NCBI GenBank assembly: GCA_963727455.1 | Contig: CAVSGG010000003.1 | Location: 64,001-128,000, forward strand | DNA length: 64,000 nucleotides | From: Candidatus Krumholzibacteriota bacterium | Lineage (GTDB): Bacteria; Krumholzibacteriota; Krumholzibacteriia; JAJRXK01 | Direction: 5' to 3' | Part shown: one piece after another, positions 1 through 9,520 of the stretch | Layout of the letters: every line of letters starts with the position of its first letter | How positions within the stretch are numbered: the first letter of the stretch is position 1 | Notes under the pieces: model-generated | The model's database searches: none | What the model was told of the DNA's origin: nothing | The model's input: only the letters and a program-made list of their open reading frames with translations | Position numbers and translations under genes: made by a program

Positions 1-1
1 G

Positions 2-853
2 CAGTGGAGAGAGGACGAGAGCAACACGAGCGCGGACTTCCGCCGCAACCGGGTGCGCCACGAGCTCGTCCCCCTCCTGAACGAGATTTTTGACGAGGGC
101 GCGCCGGAGCGGCTGGGAAACTTCGCGGAGCACTGCGCCACCCTGGCGGCCTGGCTCGCCGAGCAGGCCGAGGAGGCACGCGCCACCCTGAACCGCGAGC
201 CGGAGCCCCCCCTGGATCCCGCCGCCTGCGAGCTCCTCCACCGGCCTGGATTTTGCGCACTTCAAGAGCCAGTACAATTGGAGATCCTGCGCCACATCGC
301 GCGCGAATTGGAGCCGGCGGGGCCCCAGCACTGGAATCGAGAGAATCTGCTGCGCTTGCGCGAATTCGCGCTCAAAGCGCCCGTGGGAAGCCGCTTTCCC
401 CTGGCCCAGGGGGGCTGGCTCGTGATCGACCGCGATCAGCTGCGATTTCAGCCACCCGGGGCGAGCGCTGAGGCCGATCGCGACTCGATGCGACTTTCCG
501 TGGAGCTTTTGCCCGCCGAAGGCGTTGAGACTACTATGACAGCTAGGAACTGCACCCAGATTGACGCGGACAAGATCCATGGAAACTTGAACTTGCGGTG
601 CTTCCGGCCGGGAGACCGCATGCGAGTGGAAGGAATGCCCGGACGCAAGAAAGTGGCGGAGCTCTACCGCGAACACGGAGTACCCGCCGACCACCGCGAT
701 TCCATGTGGATCGTGGAGGACGAGGAAGGCATCGTCTGGACCGTGGGGGTCGCGACCTCGCAACACTGTCGAATCACGAGCGCAACGCAGAGAGTCTTGC
801 GTTTGAGCTTGCAACCCCAAAAGAAGGAATCCGATCTCGATGACCGGACCTGA
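2..853 (+). CDS. tilS: tRNA(Ile)-lysidine synthetase, 5'-truncated by the window edge
   Basis: Frame is open from position 2 ([20 protein letters not shown], matching the TilS ED.SN...RNR motif). It has a C-terminal TilS_C-like region ([18 protein letters not shown]) and lies upstream of ftsH. Confidence 0.9.
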   Translation, partial: QWREDESNTSADFRRNRVRHELVPLLNEIFDEGAPERLGNFAEHCATLAAWLAEQAEEARATLNREPEPPLDPAACELLHRPGFCALQEPVQLEILRHIARELEPAGPQHWNRENLLRLREFALKAPVGSRFPLAQGGWLVIDRDQLRFQPPGASAEADRDSMRLSVELLPAEGVETTMTARNCTQIDADKIHGNLNLRCFRPGDRMRVEGMPGRKKVAELYREHGVPADHRDSMWIVEDEEGIVWTVGVATSQHCRITSATQRVLRLSLQPQKKESDLDDRT

Positions 854-2885
854 TCGTGATCGCCGCACGCCGCCTCCGCGGAACCGGCGCCGCCGCGCTC
901 CCAGCGGTGGATCACCGAGACCACTCCCCCCCGGACGCACCATGGGCTTCTGGCTCGTGATCATCGTCCTGCTATTCTTCGGCTTCCAACTGCTCTATCT
1001 GGACAGCAAGAAGGAATACAACCTGAGCTATTCCACCTTCATCCAGCAGGTGGACAAGGGAAACATCGCCGAGGCCACGCAGAACGAGCGCGAGATCACC
1101 GGACGTCTGGCCAAGAAGGAGATGCTCAAGACCGATGACGGCTCCCAGCAACAGGTCGAGTCGTTCAAGGTCATCCTGCCCGTTCAGGATCCCAAGCTCA
1201 TCCAGCGTATTCAGGACAAGAATCCCGATGCCGTCATCAAGGGCAAACTCAGCGGCATGAACTGGTGGGGCGCGGTCCTTACCTATTTGCCCTTCATCCT
1301 CATCATCGCGATCTGGGTGTTCTTTTTGCGGCAAATGCAATCCGGCGGGAACAAGGCCTTCAGTTTCGGCAAGAGCAAGGCGAAACTCATCGACGCCGAC
1401 CGGCCCACCGTCACCTTCCTCGACGTGGCGGGCTGTGACGAGGCCAAGCAGGAACTCGAGGAAGTGGTCGAGTTCTTGAAATCTCCGCGCAAATTCCAGC
1501 GCCTCGGGGGACGTGTGCCCAAGGGCGCGCTTTTGGTGGGACCCCCCGGCACGGGCAAGACCCTTCTGGGCCGCGCCGTGGCCGGTGAAGCAGGGGTTCC
1601 ATTCTTTCACATGTCCGGTTCGGACTTCGTCGAGATGTTCGTCGGGGTCGGCGCTTCGCGAGTCCGCGACCTCTTCGAGCAGGGCAAGCGCGCCGCGCCG
1701 TGCATTCTCTTCATCGACGAGATCGACGCGGTGGGCCGCCATCGCGGTGCCGGACTGGGGGGCGGTCACGACGAACGTGAGCAGACCCTCAATCAGCTGC
1801 TCGTCGAGATGGACGGCTTCGAGAGCAACGACGGCGTCATTCTCATCGCCGCGACCAACCGTCCCGATGTGCTCGATCCCGCCCTTTTGCGCCCGGGCCG
1901 TTTCGACCGCCAGGTGATGGTCGATCTGCCGGACATTCGCGGACGCGAGGGAATCCTCAAGGTGCACATGCGCAAGGTGCAGGTCGGACCCGACGTGGAC
2001 ACCCGCGTGTTGGCCAAGGGGACTCCGGGGATGAGCGGCGCCGACCTGGCGAACCTGGTCAACGAGGGCGCGCTCCTGGCCGCGCGCCGGGGTCACGAAG
2101 TGGTGACCATGCTCGACATGGAAGACGCCAAGGAGAAAGTACTGCTGGGTCCGGAGAGACGCAGCCGCGTGATGAGCCCGAAGGAACTCGAGCTCACCGC
2201 CTACCACGAGTGCGGTCATGCCATCGTGGCCGCCTCGATCCCCGACTACGACCAGGTCCACAAGATCACCATCATTCCGCGCGGCCGCGCGGCCGGGCTC
2301 ACCTGGGTCTTGCCCGACGAGGATCGCATCCCACGTCAGGACTGGGCGGAGGCTCGCATTGCCCATGCTCTGGGTGGGCGCGCCGCGGAGGAATTGATCT
2401 TCGACATGATCTCGGCCGGTGCGAGCGACGACATTCAGAAGGCGACCGAGCTGGCGCGGCGGATGGTCACGCGTTGGGGCATGAGTCAACTCGGTCCCAT
2501 CGCGCTGGCGCAGCAGAACGAGCAGATCTTCTTGGGAAGAGAGATCTCCCAGCACCGCGACTACAGCGAGAAGACCGCCATCGCCATCGACGACGAGGTC
2601 TCCCGTCTCATCCGCGAGAGCCACGACCGGGCCAAGAACATCCTCTCGGAGAACATCGATGCGCTGCACAAGATGGCCAAGGCCCTCCTGGAGCGGGAAA
2701 CCCTGGATGGCGAGGACGTGAACATGATCCTCAAGGGCGAGGAGCTTCCGCCTTTGGCCCCGCCCGAACCCGTCGAGGAGGGAGAACCCGCCGACCTGCC
2801 TCCGAAGGAGTCGCCCACTGGCCAGGAATCCTCTCCGACTCCCAAGGGCCTTCACGGGCAGCCGGGACCCGATCCGGCGCTTTGA
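840..2885 (+). CDS. ftsH: ATP-dependent zinc metalloprotease FtsH
   Basis: Two TM helices, Walker A GPPGTGKT, Walker [30 protein letters not shown] and zinc motif HECGH. Confidence 0.98.
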   Translation: MTGPDRDRRTPPPRNRRRRAPSGGSPRPLPPGRTMGFWLVIIVLLFFGFQLLYLDSKKEYNLSYSTFIQQVDKGNIAEATQNEREITGRLAKKEMLKTDDGSQQQVESFKVILPVQDPKLIQRIQDKNPDAVIKGKLSGMNWWGAVLTYLPFILIIAIWVFFLRQMQSGGNKAFSFGKSKAKLIDADRPTVTFLDVAGCDEAKQELEEVVEFLKSPRKFQRLGGRVPKGALLVGPPGTGKTLLGRAVAGEAGVPFFHMSGSDFVEMFVGVGASRVRDLFEQGKRAAPCILFIDEIDAVGRHRGAGLGGGHDEREQTLNQLLVEMDGFESNDGVILIAATNRPDVLDPALLRPGRFDRQVMVDLPDIRGREGILKVHMRKVQVGPDVDTRVLAKGTPGMSGADLANLVNEGALLAARRGHEVVTMLDMEDAKEKVLLGPERRSRVMSPKELELTAYHECGHAIVAASIPDYDQVHKITIIPRGRAAGLTWVLPDEDRIPRQDWAEARIAHALGGRAAEELIFDMISAGASDDIQKATELARRMVTRWGMSQLGPIALAQQNEQIFLGREISQHRDYSEKTAIAIDDEVSRLIRESHDRAKNILSENIDALHKMAKALLERETLDGEDVNMILKGEELPPLAPPEPVEEGEPADLPPKESPTGQESSPTPKGLHGQPGPDPAL

Positions 2886-2961
2886 CGGCCTTTGATTTGC
2901 TAGAATGAGGGTTCGGGGGAGTGTCCCCCGGACCCTTACTTTTTTTGCCGGCAAGGTCGCG

Positions 2962-3879
2962 ATGCCCCAATCTGACAAAGTCCTGGCCCACTCGCCGCGA
3001 TTTTGGCCCCACCGACCCCTGATCATGGGGATCGTCAACGTCACCCCCGATTCTTTCAGCGACGGGGGACGCCACTACCACTGGCAGGATGCGGTTGGCT
3101 TCGGCCTGCGGCTGGCCCAAGAGGGCGCAGACCTCTTGGACATCGGTGGCGAGAGCACCCGGCCCGGCGCGCCCCCGGTCGAACTCGAAGAAGAGCTAGC
3201 TCGCGTGCTCCCGGTGGTGCGAGTGTTGAAGGGGGAGGTGGACCTTCCCTTGAGCATCGATACGCGCAAGGCGGCGGTAGCGAAGGAAGCCCTGGCCTGC
3301 GGCGCGCATTGGGTCAACGACATCAGCGCCCTTGGCGATCCCGCCATGGCGCAGGTCGTGGCCGAAGCGGGGGCTGGCGTTATCCTCATGCACATGCAGG
3401 GGGAACCGGCCACCATGCAGAAGAATCCGCACTACCAAGACGTGGTGGAAGAGATCGCAAGCAGCCTGCAGAGCCGCGCCGCCGTGGCTGAGGAAGCCGG
3501 CATCGATCCGTCGCGCATCTGGCTGGACCCGGGAATCGGTTTTGGAAAGACCCTGCAACACAACTTGCGAATTTTCGCGGCGCTCGACCGATTCGCGCGT
3601 CTAGGCTACCCTGTAGTCTTGGGAGCCAGCCGGAAACGCTTCCTCGCGCAACTGTACGACTGTGAGCAGAGTGTGGACCGACTCGCGGGCAGTTTAGCTG
3701 CGGCTGGTCTCTGTCTTCGCTTGCGCAGAAGCGTGGTTCGCGTCCACGATGTGGCCGCGACGCGCCAATATCTAACGGTACGGCGCGCGCTCATGGCCGG
3801 AGCGCCCCTACCCTGGGAACCCTCGGGCCTGGATCGAATGGAAGAGTATCCCGCCCCTACCACCCACGACGAAGAGTAG
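2962..3879 (+). CDS. folP: Dihydropteroate synthase
   Basis: Motifs MGIVNVTPDSFSDGG, DIGGESTRPG, DPGIGFGK, SRK and RVHDV. The start could also be 2905. Confidence 0.96.
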   Translation: MPQSDKVLAHSPRFWPHRPLIMGIVNVTPDSFSDGGRHYHWQDAVGFGLRLAQEGADLLDIGGESTRPGAPPVELEEELARVLPVVRVLKGEVDLPLSIDTRKAAVAKEALACGAHWVNDISALGDPAMAQVVAEAGAGVILMHMQGEPATMQKNPHYQDVVEEIASSLQSRAAVAEEAGIDPSRIWLDPGIGFGKTLQHNLRIFAALDRFARLGYPVVLGASRKRFLAQLYDCEQSVDRLAGSLAAAGLCLRLRRSVVRVHDVAATRQYLTVRRALMAGAPLPWEPSGLDRMEEYPAPTTHDEE

Positions 3880-3914
3880 GCCGGCCGGGACCAACCAAGC
3901 TAAGGAACGCGGAA

Positions 3915-4757
3915 TTGGGTACTGTCCTGGAATTCTTGCGCAGCTACTACATTCTGGATCTCCTCGACGTTCTCATCGTTGCCTTCCTCTTCTACCGCCT
4001 GTACTTGATCATCCGCGGCACCCGCGCCATTCAGATGTTTTTGGGGCTGGGCGTGCTGTTTCTCTTTTCCTCTCTCGCGCAGAGTTTCGGCCTCACCCTC
4101 TTGGACCGTATCATCGTGAGCTTGCAGACGGTCTGGCTCATCGGATTCATCATCATCTTTCAGCCCGAGCTGCGGCGCGCTCTCACCTACCTGGGACAGA
4201 CGCGTTATCTGCGCCGTTTCTTGGCCGAGAGTCGTCCGGAAATGGTGGATGAAATTCTGCTGGCGATCTCCAGGCTGCAGAAGGCGGGGCTGGGCGCGAT
4301 CCTGGTGCTCCAGCGCAACACCGGCCTCAAGACCCACGTGGAAACCGGCACCCTCATCGACGCCAAGATCAAGGCGACCCTGCTGGAGACCATCTTTACG
4401 CCGCCCACTCCGCTGCACGACGGCGCCGTGATTCTCCAACACGATCGCATCGTGGCCGCCGGTTGCATCTTGCCGCTGTCGCGCAACGAGCACCTGGCCT
4501 ATACCCTGGGCACCCGGCACCGCGCCGCCCTGGGCATCACCGAAGAGAGCGACGCCCTGGCCATCGTGGTGAGCGAGGAAAACCGTCAGCTCAGTGTGGC
4601 CGAGGAGGGACGGCTCCGGCGGCGCCTCAGTCTGGAAGATCTCGAGGCGAGGCTGCTGGAGATCTACGGTCAGCCCGAGACCCTGCCCAACCTGGCCGAC
4701 GAGGAACTGGGGGGCGAAGACGCCACGAGCGAGCGTCCCGACCATCGCAGTCTGTGA
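3915..4757 (+). CDS. cdaA: Diadenylate cyclase CdaA/DacA
   Basis: Three N-terminal TM helices, FQPELRRAL, and DAC motifs PLHDGA and GTRHRAA. Confidence 0.93.
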   Translation: MGTVLEFLRSYYILDLLDVLIVAFLFYRLYLIIRGTRAIQMFLGLGVLFLFSSLAQSFGLTLLDRIIVSLQTVWLIGFIIIFQPELRRALTYLGQTRYLRRFLAESRPEMVDEILLAISRLQKAGLGAILVLQRNTGLKTHVETGTLIDAKIKATLLETIFTPPTPLHDGAVILQHDRIVAAGCILPLSRNEHLAYTLGTRHRAALGITEESDALAIVVSEENRQLSVAEEGRLRRRLSLEDLEARLLEIYGQPETLPNLADEELGGEDATSERPDHRSL

Positions 4758-5121
4758 GAAGGAACCCCCACCGACAAACTCCGGTGCCGGCGGAGAGCCC
4801 CCGGCATCCAAGAGCCACTCCGCCGACCCGGGGAGCGATGCGGCGGGTGCACCAACCCCGCCCTCGCTCCGCTCCCTGAACCGCTCCAAGGCGTGGGGCT
4901 GGCGATCCGCAGGGCGATGGCGCCCCGGCGCCGCCGGCCTGCGTCCTCTGCCCTCTGCAGGGGTGGGACCAGCGGAACTCGCAACCCTCAGCTCGGTCGC
5001 GAAGTGTTGAAAAACCAACAAGTTAAGGGAGAGAACCCACGCGAGCGCGGACACGACGCAGGGCCCTCAGAGCTGACAGCGCCTGGGGATGGGCAGACTT
5101 TGTTCGCGAAGCGGGACAGCC

Positions 5122-6741
5122 TCAGTCCTTCAGCCAGGTGGGCAGGGCGACGATTCGATCCTGGAGCAGTTTCACGAAGACCGCGACCGTATCGGGACAG
5201 AACTGGGTCCGCACCTTGGTCGAGAGATGCCAGATGGCTTCCGTCAGGCCCATGCCCTCGCTGTAGGTGCGGTTGGAGGTCATCGCGTCGAAGGAATCGG
5301 CCACGGTGACGATGCGCGCGCCCAAGCTTATTTCTTCGCCCTTGAGCTGGTCCGGGTAACCCTCGCCATCCCAGCGTTCGTGGTGATGCCGCACCATCTT
5401 GCGCGCTTGCTTGAGGAAGAGAATCTTGCGCAGGATTCTATCCCCGAGGGCGGGGTGCTCCTTCATGATCTCTAGTTCTTCGTCGGTGAGACGGCCGGGC
5501 TTGTTCAGGATTCCCTCGTGAATGCCGATCTTGCCGATGTCGTGCAGGGTCGCGCCCAAGCGCACGTCCTCCAGCGCCTCCCGGGAGAAGTTCATCGCCT
5601 TGGCGATGGCCAGCGCGTAGCGGCTCACGCGTGCGGTGTGGCCGCGCGTGTAGGTGTCCTTGGCTTCCATGGCCGACATCAGACTCTGGATGGTGGCCAC
5701 GTAGCTCTCCTGCAGCTTCTGGAAGAGCTCGGCCTTCTCCATCGCGATTCCGGTCGAAGCGAGCAAGCTGGAGAGCAGCATCTGATCGGCCAGCTCGAAC
5801 GGACGACCTCCGAGCTTGGGTCCCAAGAAGAGCAGCCCCGCGAGTTTGTTCCCGGTGAGAATGGGCGCCACCAGCGCGAAGCCCATCTGTTGCAAGTGTC
5901 GCAGGTCGCGGCCCAGTGTCACCCCCGAGGGGATCTCGGTGAAATCGACGCTGCGCGCGTGCTCTTGAATGTAGCTGAGGAAAGAGATCTCGCGCTTCAA
6001 GTGAACGCTCTGAATCTCGATGCGGTCCACGCCCTTGGCCGAGTGCAGCTCGAGCAACTCCTGATCGTTCTTGCTCACGAAGATGGCGGCCGATTCGATG
6101 ACGAGCTGCCCCATGACGGTCAGCAGGAGAATGTTGATCTGGTCGTCGACGTCGATGGAGGAGTTGATCTGGTGGCTCACGTCGAAAAGCGCGCGCTGAC
6201 TCAAGAGCTGCACCTTGAGCTGCCGGTACGCGACCGCCAATTCGCGCTGTCCCTCGTCCAGTTCGCTCGAGAGCTCGACGTTCTGCTGCGATAGATCTTT
6301 GCGCAGCGCAACACTGTTCAGTGCGTGTTCCACGCGCGCCGCGACTTCCACCGGACTCATGGTGTGCACGAGATAGTCCTGCGCCCCGGCCTGAAAAGCC
6401 TGGCGCGTGGCCCTCTCATCGCCACCCATGCCAAACACGAGCACCGGGACTCCTCCGGACTCGCCCTCACGCGAACTCAAACGCGAGCACAGCGAGAAAC
6501 CGGACAGATCGGGAAGTTCGCGCTCGATCAGAACGAGATCTATGGGTTGGGCATGGAAATATTTGAGACCCTGGCTCCCGTCCACGGCCACCAGAACTTC
6601 AAATCCGCTTTCGACCAATACGCGACTGATCAGCCCGCGGTGCACGGGGTCGGAATCGATCAGAAGAACACGCTGCGCCGGTGCCGAAGCGGCGAGAGTC
6701 AAGACTGAAGGGTTTGTGGGCTTGGTGGCAAATCCGCTCAT
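5122..6741 (-). CDS. Receiver-like + GAF + HD-GYP cyclic dinucleotide phosphodiesterase
   Basis: Intact HD-GYP motifs EAKDTYTRGH, LHDIGKIG, HHHERWDGEGYP and VADSFDAM, preceded by a REC-like N-terminus and a GAF-like central region. Confidence 0.88.
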   Translation of the reverse strand: MSGFATKPTNPSVLTLAASAPAQRVLLIDSDPVHRGLISRVLVESGFEVLVAVDGSQGLKYFHAQPIDLVLIERELPDLSGFSLCSRLSSREGESGGVPVLVFGMGGDERATRQAFQAGAQDYLVHTMSPVEVAARVEHALNSVALRKDLSQQNVELSSELDEGQRELAVAYRQLKVQLLSQRALFDVSHQINSSIDVDDQINILLLTVMGQLVIESAAIFVSKNDQELLELHSAKGVDRIEIQSVHLKREISFLSYIQEHARSVDFTEIPSGVTLGRDLRHLQQMGFALVAPILTGNKLAGLLFLGPKLGGRPFELADQMLLSSLLASTGIAMEKAELFQKLQESYVATIQSLMSAMEAKDTYTRGHTARVSRYALAIAKAMNFSREALEDVRLGATLHDIGKIGIHEGILNKPGRLTDEELEIMKEHPALGDRILRKILFLKQARKMVRHHHERWDGEGYPDQLKGEEISLGARIVTVADSFDAMTSNRTYSEGMGLTEAIWHLSTKVRTQFCPDTVAVFVKLLQDRIVALPTWLKD

Positions 6742-6759
6742 GGGACCATCTCGTCTCAC

Positions 6760-8973
6760 TCAGTGAGCTCCGACCAGGATGTTCGTCACCGGCTCGACTT
6801 CCCCCTCTTCCTCGATAATTTCCAGGAACGCCTGCAAGACCTCGGCGTCGTAACGCATCCCCCAGTTCTCGCGAATGACTTCCAGCGCCTCGCCGCGACT
6901 CAGCGCCGCGCGGTAGGGTAGGTCGCGCGTCATGGCGACGAAGGACTCCACCACCGAGACGATGCGCGCGCTCAGGGGAATGGCCGCTCCACGCAGACCG
7001 TGGGGATAGCCTTCTCCGTTGAATCGCTCGTGGTGGTAGAGCACGACATCGGTGATCGTCTGGGAAAACTCCATCGCCGAGAGGATGTTCACCCCGGTGA
7101 GCGGATGCTGCTTGATGAGCTGCCACTCTTCCGGCGAGAGACTGCGGGGAGACTTCAGGACCAGGTCGCTGATCTCGATCATCCCGATGTCGCGCAGCAC
7201 CGTGCCATATACCAAGTCGCGGATTTGATCGCTGGGATAGTTGATCTTGGTCGCCACCTTGCCCACGTAGTGCGAGATCAACTCCGTGCTGGCGCGCGCT
7301 CCGGGGCCGCTGCGCTTCTCGATGAGATTCACGAAAGTCTGCGCCACGCCCAGGTTGCGGTCGTGCAAGTCCCGGATGAGACGCGCGTTCTCCAGCGCAA
7401 CCCCGGCCTGGTTCAAAAGGATCTCCAGGAACTCGTGGTCGACCCCCTCGGCGCGCCCGCCCGAAAGCCGCGGTCCCAGAGCCAAAATTCCGTACATTTT
7501 GTTCTTGCCGGTCAAGGGCGCTACGAGATCAAAGCCGTACTCGCGCAGGCAACCCATGACCTTCTCCAGACCCTTGGGCACATTTTCCGGATCCAATTGC
7601 AGTGGGTGGTTCACCCCGCCCATGAGCTGGGGATCTTCCAGGGCAATCTCGCTGAGCGAGATCTCCTCCGGCCCGCGCTGCTTGCGCGGCACCAAGCGAT
7701 CCCCCACCATCTCGAACCAGGCCACCGAACCCACGCCCACCTGAGCGATGGTGGTGAGCAAGACGAGGTTCACCAAATGGTCTTCGTCCCGGGTGCTGTT
7801 GAATTCTTTGCCGATGGTGAAGAGGGCCTTTTGCTGGTGGATTTTGCGGTTGAGATCGCGATCCTCGCTCTTGGAGCCGGAGCCCTTCGTTCTGGTTCGT
7901 CCACTCAGTTCTTCTCCGCCGATCGCGAGCGCGTGCGCGATCTTGCGGCCGAGCAGGTCGAGGGCCAAGACTTCGCTGGGACCGTACTCGTTTCCCGCGT
8001 GCTCCTTGCGCAGAAAGAGAGCGCCCTCGAGCTTCTCGCCGACGATGATCGGCACTGCCATCTGACAGTTCAGTTCGGTGAGCAGCTGGATTTCGCTGGG
8101 TGTCGCTTCGTCGGCATCGAGGTCGTCCATGGGCACCGGAGTGTTGGCTTTGAGGAGCCTCATCGCGATGGCGCCGCTCAGATTCAGCGAATGTTCCTTG
8201 TAGCCGACCTCTTCCAGCTTCTTGCCCTTGCGCGTCATGAGATGGCAGGAATCCGCCAGGTCGACACCGTAGAGCAGCGCCGCCACTGCGCCCTTCATGC
8301 CCGCCAGATCCTGGGCCGCGCCGAAGGCCTGCTCGGCCTCGGCCAGGCTCAGATAGCGCGCAGCGGGAACGGGCCTATCCACCTCGCGAATGCGCAATTT
8401 GCTGCTAGGATCGGGAGGCGTCGCGGGCGGAGCAGGCTCGCCGCCGCCGGCGCCCGCGTCGAATTCCACCCAATCGTGAATGAGGGATTCCTCGAAGGAC
8501 TCGCTTGCTGCCCGCTCTTCTTGGTCCACCGCGTCCGCTTCCGGACTCCACACGATCTCCTCTTCGCTCGCCGCAAGCGGCTCGTGGCGGGAAGGATTCG
8601 CAGCGGGAGCGGGAGTAGGAGCGTTGGCGAAATATTCCGAACTCTCTTCGAGTGAGGAGAAGAAGGAGGGCACGCCTCCGTCGCAACGCGCGCTCAAGAA
8701 GTTCTGCACCGTATCCGAGCAGCCTACGAACGCGGGACGGAACCCGAGCTGATTGCGCTCGCCGACGAAGTCACCCAAGAGCTTGGCGACGCCGCCCCCC
8801 AGACTCTCCAACTCGGAGAATTCGAAGATGACCTTGGACTTTTGCCTTTCGTCGCACTTCTGCAGCAGCTCCTGGACACTGGCGCGTTCCTTGACGCCCA
8901 GGTGTCCGGAGACCTTGATCACGAAGAGCTCGGGATCGGCGAGTTTGACGTGGGAAAACTTCGCTCTGGGCAT
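6760..8973 (-). CDS. STAS-like + 2x GAF-like + degenerate HD-GYP domain protein
   Basis: N-terminal STAS-like segment (FVIKVSGHL...VIFEFSELESLGGG) and GAF-like segments. The C-terminus has HHERFNGEGYP, but the HD motif reads RD (VLRDIGM). The start is placed at MPRAKF; the ORF track extends to 9120. Confidence 0.78.
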   Translation of the reverse strand: MPRAKFSHVKLADPELFVIKVSGHLGVKERASVQELLQKCDERQKSKVIFEFSELESLGGGVAKLLGDFVGERNQLGFRPAFVGCSDTVQNFLSARCDGGVPSFFSSLEESSEYFANAPTPAPAANPSRHEPLAASEEEIVWSPEADAVDQEERAASESFEESLIHDWVEFDAGAGGGEPAPPATPPDPSSKLRIREVDRPVPAARYLSLAEAEQAFGAAQDLAGMKGAVAALLYGVDLADSCHLMTRKGKKLEEVGYKEHSLNLSGAIAMRLLKANTPVPMDDLDADEATPSEIQLLTELNCQMAVPIIVGEKLEGALFLRKEHAGNEYGPSEVLALDLLGRKIAHALAIGGEELSGRTRTKGSGSKSEDRDLNRKIHQQKALFTIGKEFNSTRDEDHLVNLVLLTTIAQVGVGSVAWFEMVGDRLVPRKQRGPEEISLSEIALEDPQLMGGVNHPLQLDPENVPKGLEKVMGCLREYGFDLVAPLTGKNKMYGILALGPRLSGGRAEGVDHEFLEILLNQAGVALENARLIRDLHDRNLGVAQTFVNLIEKRSGPGARASTELISHYVGKVATKINYPSDQIRDLVYGTVLRDIGMIEISDLVLKSPRSLSPEEWQLIKQHPLTGVNILSAMEFSQTITDVVLYHHERFNGEGYPHGLRGAAIPLSARIVSVVESFVAMTRDLPYRAALSRGEALEVIRENWGMRYDAEVLQAFLEIIEEEGEVEPVTNILVGAH

Positions 8974-9065
8974 AAAGTCCCTGACAAAAATTGCGGCGGT
9001 CCGCCCTGAGGCCGACCGCCGCGACGAAACCCTGATTCGAGGTGGGTCAGCGACGCACTCGAGGC

Positions 9066-9290
9066 TCAGACGAGTTCTTTCGTCAGCCAACGGTCGAGGA
9101 CGCTCTTCAGAAAGCGCCACTCACTCCCCACTTTCTTCGCGGGGATCTTGCCCTCCTTCGCGAGCCGGCAGACCGTCTTCACGTGCATTTTCAGATAGTC
9201 CGCGGCCTCCGTGGAGGTCATGACGGGAGAGCTGGTGTCCTCCCCACCGATGTAGATATTGGCGTAATCGCCAAAGTTCTTCTCGCTCAT
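9066..9290 (-). CDS. Excisionase/BldC-like helix-turn-helix DNA-binding protein (HTH_17)
   Basis: MTSTEAADYLKMHVKTVCRLAKEGKIPAKKVGSEWRF matches the Xis/MerR-like HTH pattern, with a purine-rich RBS upstream. Confidence 0.88.
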   Translation of the reverse strand: MSEKNFGDYANIYIGGEDTSSPVMTSTEAADYLKMHVKTVCRLAKEGKIPAKKVGSEWRFLKSVLDRWLTKELV

Positions 9291-9350
9291 TCCGTTCCCC
9301 TTGTTACCTCTAGGTGTGGTCCCCAGGATGTTTGGACTCGCAAACTAATC

Positions 9351-9367
9351 AGCAACCCGTATGCCAA
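9351..9367 (-). promoter_or_regulatory. Putative sigma54 (-24/-12) promoter
   Basis: Minus strand reads TTGGCATACGGGTTGCT, with exact GG-N10-GC spacing, about 60 bp upstream of the HTH gene. Confidence 0.7.
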
Positions 9368-9520
9368 CGGACGAGCTAGAATCAGGATCGTCCAATCGTC
9401 CATTTCCGAGCACTTTGAGCCGCTTCGAGGAAGCACGTGCCCCTTGCCGTCCGTTGCTGGAAACCACCAGCCGCTTGGGTGGATTGCAAGGTGCCAACCG
9501 CATTCGGGAAAGCTTTCATC

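Noticed and set aside
972-3044. 690-aa minus-strand ORF
   Set aside because: It is an antisense shadow of ftsH, as expected from high-GC codon bias.
3900-5054. 384-aa minus-strand ORF with a hydrophobic start in the cdaA/HD-GYP gap
   Set aside because: It is mostly antisense to cdaA and has no recognisable motif. A small real gene in 4758-5121 cannot be excluded.
9066-9290. Prophage or ICE excisionase
   Set aside because: There is no integrase, att site or phage gene nearby, and the gene is embedded among signalling genes.
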